A model generated the notes under the pieces. It made no database searches, was not told the origin of the DNA, and saw only the letters and a program-made list of their open reading frames with translations. Position numbers and translations under genes: made by a program. Positions 59,201 through 64,000 of a stretch of 64,000 nt of DNA are shown piece by piece (within the stretch, counting starts at the first letter, position 1; every line of letters begins with the position of its first letter). Source of the stretch: an uncultured virus (IMG/VR IMGVR_UViG_3300009419_000009) (lineage: Duplodnaviria; Heunggongvirae; Uroviricota; Caudoviricetes); the IMG/VR virus record IMGVR_UViG_3300009419_000009, positions 1-64,000 of that record. One strand, given 5' to 3'.

Positions 59201-62113
59201 ACCTGCTGTGGCTATGAAACCACCTGCGGCCAGATAGCCGCCGGTTGCTGTGATGTTGCCGTCAGCAATGGTGACACTGCGAGCAGTTAGGTAAGCAGTG
59301 ACATTGGCGTTGGAGTACGTGCCTTCGTTGCCGGTCAAAATGCTCACACCATTGGCATAAGTGAATTGATCTGCGGCAATGGTTGCTGTTGTTAGGTTAC
59401 CTGTGAATACGTTGCCTGTTACTGCGGCACCGCCTGTTACTTGTAATGCGCCTGTGCCAGAACCTGTTGAGGGTGTGCCCGAAACAATTTGTAAATCTTG
59501 TAAACTTTGTGGGCTGGTTGGGCTGGCGTTAGAAACTGTGGCACTGGTATAATCAATCCAATACTTGTTGGTTCCATCGTTGACATATTGATAGAATACG
59601 TCAGTATCCGTTTTGTACCAAACGTCACCCACTATTGGGTTGGCAGGTGCTCCTACTTGTGCGTATTTTCTTAAGCCGCCAGCGGTAATGTTACCAGTGA
59701 TTGCAAAGTCGCCACCTAAGGTGCCTGAACCAATGACATTTAGACTTGCAAGGCTGCTAATACCGCCGTTCTCGATGGTCAAACCACCAATAACTGCCCT
59801 GGCTCCTGTTGCTAGTATATTGCCCGCTGTAACGCTTAATCCACCTGCAGAAAAGAATGATCCGCTGGCAGTTAGGTTACCAGTTGCCAAAATGCTTCCG
59901 CCAACACTGATGTTGCTTGCGGCCAAATATGCCGTAACGTTGGCGTTTGAATAAGTGCCTTGATTGCCTTCTAAAATACTTACGCCGTTTGCATAAGTGA
60001 AGTTGGTTGCAGAAACGGTTGCTGTGTTTAGATTTCCAGTAAACACGTTACCAGTAATACCTGCTCCGCCTTGTACTTGTAAGGCACCACTTGTTGTATC
60101 TGTTGCAGGAGTACCACTTACAATTACAATATCGCTAAGTGTCTGATTTGTTTGTGGACTGATGTTGGCCACAGTGGCGCCTGCATAGTCAACCCAGTAT
60201 TTGTTTGTGCCATCATTGATGTATTGATAAAATACGTCTGTGTCTGTTTTGTACCAAACATCGCCCACAACTGGATTGGTAGGAGTATTAATTTGTGCGT
60301 ACTTGCGAAGTCCACCACCTGCAATGTTGCCACTTGTACTGATATCACCAGTTGCAATCAGTGCGCCGCCAAGTGTAATGTTGCCGGTTACACCAAGATT
60401 GGTAAGTCCGCTGATTGCACCTGCGGTAATTGTTAGCCCACCAATTTGTGCTGTTGTTCCACTGGCAACTACGTTGCCGTTGGTTACACTGAGTCCACCA
60501 CCAGTAAAGTATGTGCCACTTGAAATCAAGTTAGCAGAAATGATTACGTTTTGTAGGAAACTGGCAGTTTGTGCAACACTTAGGTTACCGCCAACGTTGA
60601 TATTGCCACCAACGCCAACACCACCTTGCCCAGTAACAACCATTGATCCTGTGGTAGTGTCAATGCTGGTAACATTTTGATTGGCAACAATATTACCGCT
60701 GGTAATATTAAATCCACCTTGTAGATTCAAGTTGCCTTGAATCCCAACACCACCGCTGACTGTTAGTGCGCCTGTGCTGGCGCTGGTACTTGGAGTACCA
60801 CTCACAATTTGTATGTCAGTTAAACTTTGTTGGCTTTGTGCAGAAATGTTTGCAACTGTTGCACCAGCAATGTCAACCCAATAGCTACCAGTACCATCAC
60901 TCACATACTGATATAAAATATCTGTGCCCAGCTGGTACCATTGGTCACCAACCACAGGATTTGCAGGAGCACCAGAACTGATAGTTTGACGTACACTGCC
61001 ACCAGTGATATTTCCAGCTACATTTAAGTTTTGGCCAACAAACACATTGCCGCCAACGCCCAATCCACCTATGCCAGGAACAACAATTGCACCAGTTGTG
61101 ATACTGGTACTTGGAATTCTACTATTGGCAACAATGGCGCCGCCAGCCCAGATGTTACCACCCACACCCAGCCCGCCTGGACTGGCAATACGAATGGCAC
61201 CTGTTGTTTCGCTAGTGCTGGTTGTGTTTGATGATATTACTAGATCGCTGCCTAGCTGACCGCCACCAAAAGATACTGACCCACCCACATTTAGATTGCC
61301 AGTAATACCAACACCACCAACAACTTGTAGAGCACCTGTGGTTGTGCTTGTGCTTTCGTCACCACTGTTGACTACCAGTGTGCCAACGTTTTGCCCAGTG
61401 ATTGGATTGATGTTGGCAATGGTTGCACCGCTGATGTCAATCCAGTATGCTGTTGCGCCGTCTTGCAACCATTCGTATAAAATGTCTGTGCCAACCTGAT
61501 ACCATTGGTCGCCCACTGCCGGAGTAGACGGAGGTGTTGCACTGGTAAACACCTGCGGCACACGTTTGCCGTTTTGATACAGTAGCGTGGTGTTTACATT
61601 GCCTGTTAGAACCAAGTTGCCTGTTACATAATCGTAGCTGGTGGTTGTTGCACCACCAATCACGTTGTTGACGTTGGCAAACTGTAGCTGTCCTGTTGCG
61701 CCCGCTGGTTCTGCGGCTTGTATTCCAAAACTTAAATTTGTTGTGCCAAGATCAATATTACCTGTTGTGGTTAACTTGAAGGTACGATTTTTATTAACAG
61801 TACCTTCTTCAACTTGAGTAACAATAGAAGGAGTAACTGCACCCAGTGCGCCACCAGAACTGGCATCTTTGGTACGTTCCCAAATGCCGTTGACACCTGT
61901 GCCCACTGCTTTGACATAGTAGATACCATTCTGTGCCGCATTGGCCTGTGACGTTAGAAGAACACGATCGTAGAAATTAAGTGTAACGCCATCAACTGAG
62001 TTTGGCATTGCTGCCAACATCACGTTACCTACATCGGCAGTCGTGGCCACCCGGACACTTTGTTTCCAATCGGTGTCAGGTATCTGACTATAGCGCGGTC
62101 TTGTTAATGCCAT
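50292..62113 (-). CDS. Giant repetitive fibre/adhesin (~3940 aa if the frameshift at 59133/59134 is repaired)
   Basis: ORFs 59090..62113 and 50292..59129 share the same repeats; 18 copies of P..P..GD.WY...TD..Y.Y..DG...YW.D alternating with STTTGAL.V.GG.G. Confidence 0.8.
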
Positions 62114-62172
62114 GGGAATCTATCTCGTTTGTACTATTTATGGAAAAGCGTCCAAATGAAAAACAGCCCAAA

Positions 62173-62196
62173 GAAAAAGGCCCTTGCGGGCCTTTC
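62173..62196 (-). terminator. Intrinsic terminator
   Basis: AAAGGCCC-GCAA-GGGCCTTTTT. Confidence 0.8.
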
Positions 62197-62213
62197 TCTC
62201 GAGTGGCTTTGGA

Positions 62214-64000
62214 TTAAGCCTGTGATTCAACGTATGTAACTTGAATGTCAACGTTAGCTTGTGAGCCCTGAGCAGGCACAATGTTAAACGCAACAATTTC
62301 GTTACCGTTTGGATAGAAGCCAGTTCCTGGAAGAATAGCACCACCAATTTCCTTAACGTTGGTCAAGTCAATGAAGCCAGAGTTCTGAGCTGACACTGGA
62401 ATGGAGAACAACTGCTCACCACCCTGTGCATATGGCTGACCGTTGTGCTGGCCGCTTGCACGTGTGTCAAACAACACGTTGTTAACACCATGTAGTGTTG
62501 TTGGCTTGTCACTGGCTGGATACACGTTAGCAACGAACTGTGTAAACGATGGTTGGTTGAAACCACCAGTTTGGTTGGTACCACCAATTGAACCACCTAC
62601 GTTGAAACGTTGATTCAACGGTGCCCAGTTACATGACAATACGTTGGTTGGATTCAAAATCGCTTGCAACAAGAAGCGTGGCTTCAAGCTGGCTGATGTG
62701 TCAGCAACGTTGATGTACATGTTCTGCAACAACATCTGTGCGCGGTTGATAATGTCTTTGGATCCCAAGTCGCCTGTGATAGCGTTTGTAATACTTGGTG
62801 CCAAGCGCATCATGAACAGAGTCTGCACTGCTGTTCCAAGCACGTTAACGTTGGCCAGGTTGTATGTGAACTGGTATGAACGGTCCTTGGTAAATCCACC
62901 GTCTAGAATAACAGCAGAGCCCCAGTGATTCAAGTCTGGTGAAGCTGTTACACTGAACAAGCGAACTGCAACACCTACTGCATGCTGAACACCCGAACCT
63001 TGTGGCTGCACACCTATACTCAATGAACGATTTTGACCAAGGTTGTAGTTGGAGATAACTGCACTACGTGTTAGAGTACAAATGTTACCGTTGGCTGCAA
63101 ATGGACCTGCGCTGTAGGTAATCAATTCATCTGTGTCAGTTCCAAATCCAGAAACAAGTACTGTTGCTGGGTAGGTCACGTTGGCTGTTGGGAATCCAAC
63201 AATGCTGGCTAGGTTGATGTTGCCTGTTTCGTTTGGTGCCAGGCCAAGATTCAAACGTGTGTACGCTGTGTTATTAGCTGTCTTATAACGAGCTGGCAAG
63301 TTACCAGAACGCATAAAAGCTTCATCGTTTGTGTTGTTGTTTTTGCTACGATGTGCCCAGATCATTTGACCGTCTGTGGCTCTCATGCCCCAGTCAATAA
63401 AACCAGCACCGTACCAGGTGTACTGAATGGCCACCATCTGCATCTTGGTCTTGTCCATTACATAGCCGCTTGGGCCTGTACCGTCCAGTCGATCTTTGTT
63501 GAACTGGTCTTGTGGAATCAAGAACTCGTCAACCACAACCATACGTGCATCTTCTGCGTTTACCACACCACGATATGCTGGTGAAACGTACATGGTGTTT
63601 TGACTTTCAATGCGACTCACAGTGTGACTCATACCGCGGATAACAATTTGATCACCTGCTAGCACTTGATCCTGGAAGCGAGTGAATTGGTTACCGTTCA
63701 CACGATATGTGTTGGTACCAATGTTCACACGGCCTAGAATTTCACGTGTTGAAGTACGACGACCTGCGTAGACCTTTTGACCATCATAGTGCCAGAACAC
63801 ACCGTTTTGGTCATCAAACATACCCACACGCACTTTACCACCGTGCCAGTTGAGCACTGCGAATTTAGGGAATGTGCCATATTGTGGTGTTGTTGCACCC
63901 AATGTAGCTGTGGCTAGAACTGTGAATGAGTTCTGTGACACCACAGTGGCCACACGATAGAATGTGTTGTAACCTGAAGTTGTAACGCCTGTAATCTGAA
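62214..64000 (-). CDS. Large virion structural protein (start outside window)
   Basis: Frame open to window edge; R.G.FDDQNG.FW, QM..IQY.WYGAGFI, MRSGNLP.RY, HWGSAVI.DGGF recalled from T4-like virion proteins. Confidence 0.7.
   Translation of the reverse strand, partial: QITGVTTSGYNTFYRVATVVSQNSFTVLATATLGATTPQYGTFPKFAVLNWHGGKVRVGMFDDQNGVFWHYDGQKVYAGRRTSTREILGRVNIGTNTYRVNGNQFTRFQDQVLAGDQIVIRGMSHTVSRIESQNTMYVSPAYRGVVNAEDARMVVVDEFLIPQDQFNKDRLDGTGPSGYVMDKTKMQMVAIQYTWYGAGFIDWGMRATDGQMIWAHRSKNNNTNDEAFMRSGNLPARYKTANNTAYTRLNLGLAPNETGNINLASIVGFPTANVTYPATVLVSGFGTDTDELITYSAGPFAANGNICTLTRSAVISNYNLGQNRSLSIGVQPQGSGVQHAVGVAVRLFSVTASPDLNHWGSAVILDGGFTKDRSYQFTYNLANVNVLGTAVQTLFMMRLAPSITNAITGDLGSKDIINRAQMLLQNMYINVADTSASLKPRFLLQAILNPTNVLSCNWAPLNQRFNVGGSIGGTNQTGGFNQPSFTQFVANVYPASDKPTTLHGVNNVLFDTRASGQHNGQPYAQGGEQLFSIPVSAQNSGFIDLTNVKEIGGAILPGTGFYPNGNEIVAFNIVPAQGSQANVDIQVTYVESQA

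Noticed and set aside
50226..63584. Many plus-strand ORFs within the fibre genes
   Set aside because: Antisense shadows of repetitive Gly/Thr/Asn/Val codon usage.

Overview
This window is part of a large T4-like (myovirus-type) bacteriophage genome, almost entirely encoded on the minus strand and using the standard genetic code. It carries tail-fibre/adhesin genes at both ends, head/neck/tail genes (gp17, gp4, gp19, gp18, gp13, gp14, gp15), recombination genes (uvsY, uvsX, gp32), nucleases, an HldE-like sugar-nucleotide module, a miniature malonyl-CoA-decarboxylase-like gene and a phage RpoZ. Positions about 9.3-18.9 kb hold 33 CCA-encoding tRNA genes covering all 20 amino acids, interleaved with a GOLLD-like giant RNA (with an embedded tRNA-Lys-like element) and several unclassified structured RNAs. 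The most striking signal is three short ORFs below the ORF-track cutoff that look like ribosome-based sensors of tRNA supply. (1) A 46-codon leader uses all 20 amino acids and 40 different codons and overlaps a terminator/antiterminator pair upstream of the main tRNA block. (2) MKRGKL, with two AAA codons, sits before the two tRNA-Lys genes, with alternative hairpins that free or sequester the tRNA 5' end. (3) A leaderless ATA/TTA/CGA-rich peptide sits before tRNA-Leu(UAA)/tRNA-Ile(UAU) and contains an anti-tRNA segment. All annotations are by eye and from recalled family motifs; no database search or folding program was run.
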